Below, in pieces: positions 12,513 to 26,700 of a DNA stretch of 64,000 bases. The position numbers and the translations under genes were made by a program. The stretch's first letter is position 1. Each line of letters starts with the position of its first letter. The DNA is taken from assembly GCF_000485595.1 (NCBI RefSeq), contig NW_014577066.1:780539-844538 (forward strand), read 5' to 3'. This stretch comes from Priapulus caudatus. Its lineage: Eukaryota. The notes beneath the pieces were generated by a model. The model did not search any database and had not been told where the DNA came from. It saw only the letters and a list, made by a program, of their open reading frames with translations.

Positions 12513-15500
12513 GGCGAACGTACACACGAGTAGTAGAGTTACGTGCTGACTAAAGGGCAGGACACACTAAGGCGATTAAATCGCCCGATTCTATCGCGCG
12601 AGTCGAGTGGACACACTAGGCGATTAAATCGCCGGTGAATAAGTCGTGCATGCATGTGCACGTAGACGTGCGTGCGTGCGTGCGTGCGTGTGTACGTACA
12701 CGTGCGTGCGTGCGTGCGTGTGCAGGTACACGTTCGTGCGTGCGTGCGTGTGTACGTACACGTGCGCGCGTGCGTGCGTGCGTGTGTGTCCAAGTACACG
12801 TGCGTGCGTGCGTGCGTGCGTGCGTGCGTGTGAACGTACACGTGCGTGCCTGCGTGCGTGTGTGCGTGCGTGCGTGTGCACGTTCACCTGCGTGCATGCG
12901 TGCGTACGTACGTGCCTGCGTGCATGCGTGCGTGCGTACGTGCCTGCGTGCGTGTGCAGGTACACGTTCGTGCGTGCGTGCGTGGCTGCGTGCGTGCGTG
13001 CGTGCGTGTGCAGGTACACGTGTGTGCATGTGTGCGTGCGTGCGTACGTGCGTGTGTGTGCAGGTACACGTGTGTGCATGTGTGCGTGCGTGCGTACGTG
13101 CGTGTGTGTGCAGGTACACGTGCGTGCGTGCGTGCGTGCATGCATGTGCACGTAGACGTGCGTGCGTCCATCGCTATTACATGACATGACATATTAAACA
13201 TGAAACATCGCTATTACGTCAGTATCACTGAACAACTCTGATTGGCTGATGAATTGTACAATCGGGCGATTTTATCGCCGGCCCCAGACACACTAGGCGA
13301 TTAAATCGGGCGACAAAATCGCCCGATAATATCAAAACGTTTTGATCTATGCGATGAAATCGGGCGACGAAATCGGGCGACTAAATCGGCGGCGATTGAG
13401 TGGACACACTAGGCGATTTCACGGCGATTTTGTCGCCCGATTTAATCGCCTAGTGTGTCCGGCCCTTTAACCATTCCAACGACAGCAGCAGCATTCAGCC
13501 CAAATTCCACCTAAGCGAAAACAACGCGTAGCCTGCAGTGACATGTGGAATGATGATGCAATCGCGGCTGTTTGTTTCAAACGGGAAACGATGCTAACGT
13601 ACGTACGGTGATACAACGCGCACGCGTGGTGGTCACAGCATGCCACTACAGATAATCTTACAACGGATTTGTCCAAATTCTGAAAAGTTTCAGCAATGTT
13701 CATTCCATTCTCGCCGCTATTGAATGACCCACGATATCTCGTAATTTTACGTTTAGCTCCCAATTTAACTCCTCTCTCATAAAACAAAAAACTCAATAAT
13801 AAACGTGCATGGTAGTAATATTTGCATCGTCCTTTGATGATTCCCTTTATGTTACATTGTTTAAAACACGATGCAATACATTTAATAGTATAATAGTTGG
13901 CATACTATATATGTAACTAGCAAAGTACCCGTCCTTCGGACGGTGGGAATTCATGAATGAGTGTATTAGTGTTGTAGCTCACCTAAGGATCAATGACTTC
14001 TTTATAAAGTATGTTTTTGGTGTTCGTGTGCTGTGTGTGAATGAATATCGCCCTGGGTTTGCCTACTTGTGAGAGGGCAACATAGAGCATGCCATGGAAG
14101 AAGCCAGGTGTTGGTCAGTCGGCAACCCTGATGTAGTGAAAGTCTATGGTAGTGATGCTCACAGGGTGCGGGAAGATGCTGTGTAATTACTTTAAGAAGT
14201 AAAAAAGCAATAGAAAAAGTTGATTTGATGAAGATTTAACAGTGATGGACACTAAATTTACAGAACTTATGGTTAAAAAACAACGTCTGGTAGTGTAGTA
14301 AACAGAGTCTGATTTCGCTTGAGTTGTTGTCAGTAAGTTTCGAGTTGAAGCTTTATGCTTGCAGCGAAAAATTTAGCACGTGAAAGTCACGTGAAGTTGG
14401 CCATGAGAATAATGGTTTTGGGAGGAAAATCCCCGACCAGCTTTCTTGAAAGTTTGACCTTGCGCTTATTGAAATGGTGTTGCAGTAAGCGAATAGGGAA
14501 CTGGCGATTAGGCCAAGCGAATAGGGAACTGACGGCGTTTGAAGTGTAAATGATAGCATTGACATCGGATTGGAGGCTAATATTAATCCTGGTATAATGT
14601 TTCTTTGTCGCACTCGCGGAGGCCGGTCGAGTATTTCTGGCATGAAGTACGTGTTTGTGAAGTGTATGATTTTGGAGTGTAGTACCATTGCAGCAGTCAA
14701 TCGTCGAATCATTTAGAATTAGTTTTACAGTGATAGTTTTCTATGAGTTGTTTGTCAGCAGTTTGGATACAGGGCCCAGGTTTTTGCGAGGCGGAGATTT
14801 ATCACAAAACGTGCTTTTTAGTTTATTGTAATTGCCTGTACTGTCTGGGACATGAGTAACTGAAACTGATTGTTGCGGACGTTGGAATTCATGAATGAGT
14901 GTATTAAGTGTTGTCAGCTACCTAAAGAGGAAAGGCTTCTTTGTAAAGCTATGTTTTTGTCTTCCTGTCCTGTGTGTGAATGAAACATCGCCGTGGGTTT
15001 TGCCTACTCGTGAGAGGGCAACATAGAGCATGCTGGGAAGAAGACAGGTGCGCTGTTGAGGTCCAAGCCTATGGTAGTGAAAGTCTGTCGTTGAGCTTTG
15101 GTTTATGTCAATAGGCATAGGCAAAGGCGGAAATAGGGAATTGCAGTCTTTAAATTGAAATGGAAGAGCTTGATGTTGAAGGGTATGAGTGGTAGCGTGT
15201 GGGTGGTTTATTGTAAGAAAAAAATGTTTATTTTGGCATCAGAAGTGTACATAAATACAGAATGCGGATATATTTCACATGAATGACAATTTTTGAGCCT
15301 GTGCAGGATATTTAAATCACCGTGGAGACTTAATGCATAAAAAATAAAAATAAAATCTGTTTACGGTTGTGCGACAAACCCCTTCAAGAATAGTTTTTCG
15401 GCGTGAAACTTAACCGAACGGGAAGATGTGGTGAGCACAATTGTGTGAGCACAGGCACTTGGAGGCGTTTAATAAAATACAAATGCTAATAATACAATAT

Positions 15501-17779
15501 CTATTAGCTACCAGAAGTGTTATTGTTTCTATACTTGTCTTTGATTCTATTAATTTGCGCCGGTCAAGTTCGTGCAATGCTCATCCTGGCAACGGCTGGC
15601 AAACGCTCAGCTGGCAAAGCTGCTGGCCGCTGCAACACGGACACATAAATATATAGTGTTGTCGCTGTGTGCGAAAAAGCCTCATTATGGATTTTGGGAT
15701 ATCCGCACGGAATTGCATGAGGGATTAAAAAAACGTTAGCTACTAAAAATCGCTGTTTCCCCTTTTATTAGTATACATTTTAAATTAAATGTACTTTAAT
15801 ATGATATATTTAGGATGACAGAAAGAAGTTGCGCACACTGCCGTGAAATATATATTTTTTAATTTCGGCGGCTGTCGAGTTTCGAACTCACCAGCCTAAC
15901 GTATTAGGCAAGCGTGCGTACCACCGCGCCAACAGCGGCCAGCGGCAACGGCGCGTACGTACCATTGGTTAATGATAGTGAGTAGTGACGTCGACGAATA
16001 ACCGGTATGATATCGGTACACGCAGTGTTAAATAAAACGGCTTGAAAATTCAACTTTATCGTGTTTTCATCGTTGAACAAAGTGGCGGCCTATATTACTC
16101 TACGAGTAGTAATGCATGTTTACAGTCAAGCAAATTTGAAATCATGCGAGCGCAGATTACCGAGAACATAGCTAACAAAAAATGGGCTGTTCCCTTTTAT
16201 AGTATAGATTAGTTACTACATTTCGTTTCAATCACCGTATAATTTTACCAGAAGCATTGACCGACACGCTACCTGGACTCCAGGTACATGGCACCTGGAC
16301 CGAACACCGAACACCGAACATATATGGCACCATTCCAGACTAGGTTGTAATTGCACCTGGCCATACTCTTCTTCTTGCATGCAAGAAATGGGTTTTCCAA
16401 CATTAACCTGACCTTTACCTCAAGAGATTTAGTTCAATGGGAACTGATTAAACGTAAAAGAATGCAAGGTATGTAAATAGATATATATAAACGCGACTGA
16501 ATATGGCAATATCCATTATCACATACCACATATATCACGTACGGGTATTGCCGTCTTTGTTACAACTACAGATGAGATCGCGGGGTAGGTGTGGCATTTC
16601 AACTACTCAATGCTAATTTGGTTTGCTATTAATAGCGACTCGCCGCGCGAGATCATGAAATCCTTGTTTGAAAAATTTAATAGCGTTCAGCTACATAACC
16701 TCCTTGCATTCTTCAGTAGTTTTCTGATATGGTTGAAATCATTACTACTCCAAAGTTATCTGTCTCCCGTACTCTTTCGCGTCCCACCCACCTTCGTCTG
16801 CTGCTTATGGTCGTAAGTCTTCACCACCTGTGCAGAATTGCACCATTAGGCGCGCACTCCCGATTTACAACACCGCGCAAAAATTCAAGTGCCACACCTC
16901 AAACCGGTCTTAATCGGTCCATGGCTGTGTCGCGCCATGACGTGTGGGTATGTGACAGAAGACAGGGACTCGGTGAACACCCCACCACCCCCGTCGCGAC
17001 CTCAAACGTCCTCCACATCTCAGTTCTTCGTCAGCAAATCATTCACCCCCCCCCACCTCCTCCCAGCTGTTCTATGCCAAACGTAGTTCACCTACACAAT
17101 AAACATGTGCAATTTCCCATAATAACCTTCAGAATTTCATCAAGGAAGTTCAATTACAAGTCACGCAACTCAACAATAAAATAAACAAAACCAGAAAGAG
17201 AGATAAATAAAAATTGTAAGACAGTCGATGGGTACCAAGTGTGCACGAGATATAAAATTATATAACACACGACACGATAAGATAACGAACTACTAAACTC
17301 TGTAGCGGGGCACACTAAATAAATACTATGTGATTTGTATTGCTAGATATATTATCATTATGTTGTTTATGGCGTTTATGTTATTATGGCGTACATGATT
17401 AAACATTGTTTTGATCATGTACCGAACCTTCGACAGTCTTTCTAGTTTATCCGCAGACTAAAAAGCTAAAATTTTAATTTCTCAAACGCTTGCGCAACGA
17501 ATTAAAACATCGCGCGAAGCGTTGGTGACGCAATCCGAAACTAATGGTCCAGATAAGGACGTGGAAATTTCGGCTGCAGACAGCGGCGGGACACGGCAAG
17601 GGCACGTGCACGGCGCGGCTGGGCTCGAACAGACACGCACAGCTAAAATTAGAGCCACCAGCGCCCGCGGCCCTGTCTAAAATAGCAGACAGGTAGAGAG
17701 GTAATCCCAGCCAGGTATGCAGCCGCGCCTGAACTCACGCTGACCTGTAGCAGCTTGCTGCTGCTACCACCGCTACTGC

Positions 17780-17820
<41 letters not shown>

Positions 17821-18044
17821 ATGCTGCCACCGTTACCACTGTTGTTGCTGCTGTTGCTGCTGTTGCTGCTGTTGCTGCTGTTGCTGCTGTTGCTACTGTT
17901 GCTACTACTACTATTACTTCTGCTACTGCTACTGCTACTGCTACTGCTACTGCTACTGCTACTGCTGCTGCTGCTGTTGCTGCTACTACTACTACTGTTG
18001 CTGCTGTTGATGCTGCTGCTGTCGCAACCAGGCATGTATGCATG

Positions 18045-18111
<67 letters not shown>

Positions 18112-18301
18112 ACGAGCAGGCAGACAGGTAGGCATGCAGGCAGACGAGCAGACAGGCAGGCAGGCAGGCAAGCAGGCAGGGAAGCAGGCGACAGGCAGGC
18201 AAGCAGGCAGGCAGACGAGCAGGCAGGCAGGCATGCAGGCAGACGAGCAGACAGGCAGGCAGGCAGGCATGCAGGCAGGCAGGCATGCAGGCAGACGAGC
18301 A

Positions 18302-18334
<33 letters not shown>

Positions 18335-21300
18335 CAGGGCAGCACAGACCAGACAGACAGACCAGACAGACCAGACAGACCGAGACAGGCGGGCAGCGAC
18401 AAACACAGGCGGCAGGCAGGCAGACAGACAGACAGGCCAAGGCAGGCAGGCAGGCATGGGAGGCGCAGCAGACCAGAGTGAGACTTATGGACAGTAAGAT
18501 TGCAGACCATGCTCACCAGGTGGCTATTAGTGGCCGCCACCCACCTGGGATAACACCCGCTTCCCAGATTCAACTGATTCTGCTCAAGCCTTTCAAGCGT
18601 CAACAATACTTATAGCCGCGATCCATATGCAAACACATCCAGGCGCCTAAGGCTACGCTAATCGGTACGCGACAGGCTCCAACCCACGATGCCGAACCCC
18701 CTTTAGACTCCTCCTTCCGGATGCACGTAATTCAGCAGGAACTGGTTCGCCGACGTGGTTAACTACTAACACGCGCGTATATATATCGCTGTAATAGCGC
18801 ACAACAAGCGCATCTACAGCGCTAATTCTCTCCAGTACTAGAACTAGCAATACTTCGTGCCATGCATAACATACTACTATGACAAAATAAAACTCTAGTT
18901 TCGCTCCCATTTCAAGCCTGTGCGTTGTCTATAAACAGGTATTTGAAATACCTCCAATATTGTTCAACATATCACGATGTTGTTGAGGACACGTTCGCGT
19001 TTGCTCTGCCAAGCAACCGTAAGGCGGTCGAGCTAAAGATCTCTACGGGGGCCCCGTGTGCGTTTTCGCATTCGCACTGCTGCTAGCGCGCAATGACAAT
19101 GTTATCGTTGACGCATATCAAGCCTAAAATTAATATGCGTTATTACTGCGGAGTTTTTAACGCGTGGCCGATTATTATTCCAGCATAGGGCCATGATTTA
19201 CTTACACTGCAGTTTCACGAATACTCACAACTAATCCTTTACAAAGTAAACGACTATATTTCTCTGCTCAACAACCCGTAGCACAGTGAGCGGTCGCTAA
19301 CCGACTCGGGCGAATTGCTTGGCTAAACAATTCGGCATTGGCAGGCCAGGATATACTGATATTCGCAACCTCTTTCTTTGTCGGTTTTAAGGCAAGAACA
19401 CGCATGATATGGGAAGGAACTAGAGTTTTTTTGTCACAGTCTTGTCACGAGAGTATTGCTATCTAGATACTGGAAGAAATTAGCGTGTAGATGCGCATAT
19501 TGCTGGATTTCACTAGAGGCGAGCAAAAACCACAGCTCAACCCGCACTACATAAGCATTTTCTACTTCTATGTCCGCCAGCCTTTGATTTAAGGGCCGTG
19601 CATTACGCCTTTCTCTGTCCAGCTTTGATTCAGGTCCTAAAATTCACACTCTGTCCGTTTTTATAATTAGGGCCTGTTGATTTTCGCTCCGCCAACTTTA
19701 TTTACGCATGTCTATTCCCTCTGCGCCGTACTTACGGACTACGCGCCCAGCTTTACTTAGTGCCTGCCCATTCTCTCTCCCTAACACTCATAGCACTCAG
19801 CAGCTAGGGATGGAGAATCAAAATGACCGCTAACTGAAACGCTAGAGGCCTCAGCTTTTAGTTACGGGTCCGTCTTATTGTCCCTGCCCTCCGACATGTG
19901 CCCAGCTTTATTTAGAAGTTTGACGCATTCCCCCCTCTACTCGCTACCTCGCCCTTCCGTCCCTCACTATGCCAAATATTTTTTAATCCGCACCTTGGCT
20001 CATTCCTCCATTTTGCCCCACGCTTTTAACCTGCGCGCTGCGATCGCGCTGTGCCTCATTTGTTTACTGGCTGATCAGGGGTTTTTGTCGGCATCGTCGT
20101 TCTGCACTCCATAACAGAGCTCGTAACGTAGATGCGCGCACGTCTGCACGACCACCTGCGTGCTCGGGCCGCAACTATTGCATTCCGGTGCGAGAGCGCC
20201 CGACGGAGCGAGGACTGAAGCAAATATTTACAGGCCGATGCGTAAATCGACGGTATGACAGCCAGCCGCGCGGCGCGCAGCATCGCCAGATACGATCAAT
20301 ACTGCGCTGACTCAATCACTGCGCTGGCCAATCGATCAGCAGCGCTGGCCAATCATTCACGAGCGCACTAGTAGCTATCTACTCCCCGACGTAATACGCC
20401 CTATCACGTCATGTCGGGCGTACCGGTACAGTTACACACTCGTGCCGCGCGATGCGTGAACGTACCTATAATCGATATTTGCTCGTACTCCTCTACACCC
20501 CACACCATTTGTCTCTCGCTCACATCAACACTGGTCAAGGTCTCATAACTCGCTTGCAGAGCGTGAAACTAGTGTTCCAGTAACGCCTGGTATTAAGGGG
20601 GGAGGCAGAAGCGGCACAGGGAGTTGATGCTGGGGAACTGGATATGAAGCAGTAATAGTGAGGGAAATAGAATCTATACGGGCGGTGCTGCAGGGAAGTG
20701 CAAAGAGCCGTGCGGTTGGAAGCGGGAATAATGCGCTGTGTGACGCGAAATGGAAGCGGTAAAGAGCGGGTGTGGGGTGGAAGGGGAATATGGCTGTGTG
20801 AGGGTATGAAAGCGGTAAAGAGCGGGCATGGGGGTGGAAGGGGGAATATGGCTGTGTGCGAGGTATGAAGCGGTAGAAGAGGCGGGTGTGGGTGGAAGGG
20901 AAATATGGCATGTGTGAGGGTATGATAAGCGGTAAAGAGGGTGGTGGGGGTGGAAGGGGAATATGGCTGTGTGAGGGTATGAAAGCGGTAAAGAGCGGGT
21001 GTGGGGTGGAAGGAGGAATATGGCTGTGTGAGGGTATGAAAGCGGTAAAGAGCGGGTGTGGGGTGGAAGCGGTAAACAACGGGTGTGTGGGGGAATATAT
21101 AGAAGTGAAAACGAGCGGTGTTGAGGAACGGAATCAGTAAAATGCGGCGTGCGAATATGAAAGGAGAAACGAGCAGTGTTGGAATGGAAATCAGGGGCTC
21201 CAGGAGAACTACGCGCTAACGCTGTGCGAGCCAAACTCCAACCCTCCCTCTCTCTCTCTCTAGCAAGAACATCGACTTTGGCTAGGGCCCTCGCAGGTAC

Positions 21301-21995
21301 CGCGCGACTCTCACCCCCGCACGGCGGTTCTAGACCTTATACATCCCGGCCGTGCACGCTCGCCCGCACACAGACTAGCACAGCCGCCAGCACGACACGG
21401 AAGCGGGCGCGGCGCACTGCGCGAGAGGCACGCGAGCGACGCGCGAACCGCCGACTCTGCTGCAAAGCTCTTTCAATTTCTGGGATTCTTTACGGCAACG
21501 TGCACCCAAAACACCCAAAAAAGCAGCCCGTCTCTAAGCCCCCTATAAGCCCGCGGTGCGATACTAAAACGAAAGCAACCAAGTTCTCGAGCAGGACAGA
21601 CGGCTGGCGTTCTTCGCATGCGCGCGCTTTTCTTCGGGCTGCTTTAATACGCGAGGGCTGAAACTTCCAGTCGGCGAACCTGACGCGAATCTCTACCTTT
21701 GCATTTTGGCGTCTATTTTCGGATAGTCGCCCGAAGCGAGCGTTTAGGCGAAAAGATTGAATAACTATGAGTAAGCAGCTCGGGCGTGTAGGCGAAGGCG
21801 GCGGCGGCGGCGGCGGCGGCGGCAGCGTGCATCGGGCGTGGCGCAGACAGTTGTTTACCGGCGCGTAGCTGTGTCTAGGTGCGCTATATCTTCTCTCTCT
21901 CCCCGCCCCGCCCTTCTCATCTCTCTCTCTCTATCCCCGCCCCTTCTCTCTCCGTCTCTCTCATTCTCTCTCTCTCTTCTCGCTGCTCCTCCTCT

Positions 21996-22052
<57 letters not shown>

Positions 22053-23708
22053 ACTATTTGCTTTCGCTGCGCTCTCTCTATCTCTGTCTCTCTGCGCTCG
22101 TCTATCTATCTAGCTATCTCTCTGGCTCTCTCCTGCGCTCTTCTATCTATCTAGCTATCTTCTCTCTTCTCCTCTGCCCCCACCCCGCCTCTCTCTCTCT
22201 CCTCTCTTTCGTTTAGCCTTGCTCCGCTTCTCTCTCCCTCATCGCTTTCACTCGACGCTCTGGCCTCCCTTACTCCGCTCCCCTCATGCAGTTGTCTTTC
22301 CGGTCCATCCCCTCCTTTCTGCTTCATATCTTTCCCACTGCATTCCTTTCTCTTGTATTCTTTCTCTTTACTTATATACTATATACACCCTTCATCTATT
22401 TCTCTGTTTTTTTTGACTGCATCTTTCGGTCTGTTTGTCCATTTCAGTCCTGCACATTGATGGATGGATGCTGAGAGTTGTAACACAGGGTTCGTTCTAA
22501 CGAAACACACGTTCTACGTACACAAGCATGTCACGTGCACACTCTCACCACACGCCTAAGCTCTGAGCACTGCTTTCGCAATGCTTACTACGTAGTATGT
22601 GAGTCTGATCTAAACTGCTGCATAGGAGGTTAAACACATAAAGACATGCGGTCATAACACTCAGGTGCATGTCTCGTTAAGAGCCGGCAGATTTTGCAAG
22701 CTTGTATTAACTAACACGGCGTACATTCCTGTTTAGTAAACCGTCATTAACATAATCCAGTAACTAGGCAGAAACGAGCGCCCCGGGCGGGCACATAAAG
22801 CAGTGCAGGCCGACGATGTTACGAGACGCCACCTTGCTTTTGCCCTACATATACACGTAAAGCCTCAGCTGTAACAGAGCCAACAGATTTGCATATAATG
22901 AATTCATCAGGGCGCTGCATTTCCACCGTTAAGTCTCTCCATCGTCGGCGCTCACACGACTGCAGCGAGGAAACCAGTGCTTTCTCAGCGCGTACTGCAG
23001 CACCCGGGGGGGGGGGGGNNNNNNNNNNNNNNNNNNNNNNNNNAGAAGTGAAAACGAGCGGTGTTGAGGAACGGAATCAGTAAAATGCGGCGTGCGAATA
23101 TGAAAGGAGAAACGAGCAGTGTGCGGAATGGAATCAGGGCGCTCAGGAGACACGCGCTAACGGCTGTGCGACCACTCCAACCCTCCCCTCTCTCTCTCTA
23201 CAAGAACATCGACTTCTGGCTAGCCCTCCAGGTACCGCCGCGACTCTCACCCCGCACGCGGTTCTAGACCTTACATCCCCGGCCGTGCACGCTCGCACGC
23301 ACACAGACTAGCACAGCCAGCCAGCCGACACGGAAGCGGGCAGCGGCGCACTGCGCGAGAGCGAGCGAGCGACGCGCACCGCCGACTCTGCTGCAAAGCT
23401 CTTTCAATTTCTGGGATTTCTTTACAACTGCACCCAAAACACCCAAAATAGCAGCCCCGTCTCTAGCCCCCTATAAGCCGCGGTGCGATACTAAAACGAG
23501 CAACCAGTTCTCAGCAGGACGACGGCTGGCGTTCTTCGCTAGCGCGCCTTTCTTCGAGAGCTGCTTTCATACGCGAGGCTGAAACTTCCAGTCGCGACCT
23601 GACCGAATCTCTACCTTTGCATTTTGGCGTCTATTTTCGGATAGCGCCCGAAGCGAGCGTTTAGCGAAAAGATTGAAATAACTATGAAGGCAGGCAGGCA
23701 GACAGACA

Positions 23709-23741
<33 letters not shown>

Positions 23742-26700
23742 ACAGACAGAGTGAGACTTATGGACATAAGATTGCAGACATCTCACCAGGTGAGCTATTA
23801 GGCCGCCACCCACTGGATAACCCCGCGCTTCCCAGAATTTCCAACTGGATTCTCTCAAGCCTTTCAAGCGTCAACAATACTTTAACCCGAGTCCATTTAA
23901 CCACTACCTACGCGCCTAGCTACCTATCGGGACCACAGGCTCCAACCCACGCAACCCCCTTTACTCCTCTCTTCGGATGCACGTAATTCACAGGAACTGG
24001 TTCGCCCACGTGGTTAATACTAACACGCGTATATATACGCTGTTAAAGCCACAATAAGCGCATCTACACGCTAATTTCTCCAGTACTAGACTAGCAAATA
24101 CTTCGTGCCATGCATAATCATACTACCTTATGACAAAATAAACTCTAGTTCCTCCCATTTCACTGTGCGTTGTCTTATAAAAGGTATTTGAAAATACCTC
24201 CAATATTGTTCAAATTCTCCGATGTTGTTGACACTTTCGCGTTGCTCTGCCAAGCAACCGTACAGCGGGTGTAGCAAAGATTTCTACGGCCCGTGTGCGT
24301 TTTTCGCTCGCACGCTGCTAGCGCAATGACATGTTATCGTTGACGATATCAAGCCTAAAATTAATACGTTATTCTCGGAGTTTATTACGCTGCCTATTAT
24401 TACTTTCCCAATAGGCATTGATGTTACATACACTGCAGTTCACAATACTACAACTATCTTAAAATGTAAACGACTATATTCTCTGCTCAACACCCGTAGC
24501 AACATGTGACGTCGCCTAACCGATTCGGGGCGAAATTGCTTGGCAAACAATTCGGCATTGGCGCCAGATTACCTGATTTCGCACCTCTTTCTTGTCGGTT
24601 TTAAGCAAACACGCAGTGAAATGGGAGGAACTAGAGTTTATTTTGTCACAACTTGTCACGAAGTATTTGCTAGTCTAGTACTGGAGAAATTAGCGTGTAG
24701 ATGCGCATATTGTGGATTTCATAGAGGCAGCAAAAACCACACTACCCCCACTTACATAAGCATTTCTACTTCTATGTCCCAGCTTTTATTTAAGGCCCGT
24801 GCATTACCCTTCTCTGTCCCAGCTTTGATTTAAGGTCCTAAATTCCACACTCTGTCCCGGTTTTTATAATTAGGGCCTGTTGATTTTCGCTCCCAGCCCA
24901 ACTTTTATTTACGGCATGTCTATTCTCCCTCTCGCCGTCACTACGGACTACCCCAGCTTTACTTAGTGCCTGCCCATTCTCTCTCCCTACATCATAGCAC
25001 TAGCAGCTAGGGATGGAGAATAAAATGACCCTAACTGAAAGCTAGGGCCTAGCTTTTAGTTAGGGTCGTCTTATTGTCCCTCCCTCCGACAGTGGCCCAG
25101 CTTTTATTTAAAGTTTGCGCATCCCCTCCCTCACTCGCTCCCTCCCCTTCCTCCCTCACTATCCAAATATTTTAATCAGCACCTGCTCATTCCCTCCCTT
25201 CTTGCCCCAGCTTTTACTCTGCGCCTGCGATCGCGCTGTCTCATTTGTTTACTGCTGATCAGGGGTTTGTCGGCACGTCGTCTGCACTCCTAACAGACTC
25301 GTAACGTAGATGCGCGCACGCCGACCACCTGCGTGCTCGCCGCAACTTTGCATTCCGTGCGAGAGCGCCGACGAGCGAGGACTGAACAAATATTTACAGC
25401 CGATCGTAAATGACGACGGACAGCCAGCCGCGCGGCGCGCAGCATCGCCAGATCTACGCGATCAAATCATGCGCTGCCAATCAATCACAGCGCTGCCAAT
25501 CATTCACAGCGCTACTAGTACTACTACTCCCACGTAATACGCCATCACGTCATCGGGCGTACCGGTACGTTACACACTCGTGCCGCGATGCGTGAACGTA
25601 CCTATAATCGATATTTGCTCGTACTCTCTCTACACCCCCACACCATTTTCTCTCGCTCACTCATACACTGGGTCAAGTCAATAACTCGGTTCAGAACGTG
25701 AAACTAGTTTCCAGTAACGCCTGGTGATTAAGGGGGAGCAGAAGCGGCAAGGGAGGTGTGTGCTGGGGAATGGATATTGGAAGCAGTAATAGTGGGGAAA
25801 TAGAAGTAGTAAGGGGGCGGTGCAGGGAAGTGCCAAAGAGCGGGCGTGGGGTGGAAGGAGAATATGGCTGTGTGAGGGTAATGGAAGCGGTAAAGAGCGG
25901 GTGTGGGGTGGAAGGGGAATATGGCTGTGTGAGGGTAAAACAGCGTAAGAGGGCATGGGGTGGAGGGGAATGATGGCTTGTGTGCGGGTATGGAAGCGGG
26001 TAAGAGCGGTGGGGGGCAGGAGGAATATGGCGTGTGAGGGTATTGGAAAGCGGTAAGAGAGCGGCTGTGGGGGGGAAGGGGATATGGCCTGTTGAGGGTA
26101 TGAAAGCGCGTAAGAGCAGCGCCGCGGTGTGGCGGCGTGGAAGCAGGAATATAGGTGTGTGCAGGGGTATGCAGAAGCGTAAAGAGGCCGGTGTGTGGCG
26201 TGAAGCGCGATAACAACGGGTGTGTGGGGTAATTTATAGAGTGAAACCGAGCGGTGCTTGAGGATCGGAATCAGTAAAATGCGAGCTGCGAATTTGAAAG
26301 GAGAAACGAGCAGTGGTGCGGATGGAATCAGGCGCGCTCAGGAGACACGCGCTAACGGCTGTTGCGACCATCATCCAACCTCCCTCTTCTCTTCTCTTAC
26401 AAGAACATCGACTTCTGGCTAGCCTCATGGTACCGCCGCGACTCTCACCCGCACGCGGTTCTAGACCTTACATCCCGCGCGCGTGCACGCTCGCACGCAC
26501 ACAGACTAGCACAGCAGCCAGCCGACACGAAGCGGGCAGCGGGCGCATCGGCGCGAAGCGAGCGAGCGACGCGCACCGCCGCTCTGCTGCAAAGCTCTTT
26601 CAATTTCTGGGGATTTCTTTACAAGTGCACCAAAACACCAAAATAGCAGCCCGTCTCTAGCCCCTATAAGCCGCTGTGCGCATACTAAAACGAGCAACCA

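Larger units (their letters stand above)
13917..16208 (-). mobile_element. Non-autonomous Helitron with PIF1-helicase relics
   Basis: 5' A|TCTATACTATAAAAGGG. 3' hairpin CCGTCC-GAA-GGACGG (13929-13943) then CTAG|T, no TSD. Internal [11 protein letters not shown] and MLYVALS(R/Q)VGK fragments. Confidence 0.88.

Noticed and set aside
12539..13201. HART/CVRA-repeat ORFs
   Set aside because: Products of the (GTGC)n array, open in many frames.
17649..18615. Longest ORFs in the track (up to 286 aa)
   Set aside because: Made of CTG and GGCA microsatellites.
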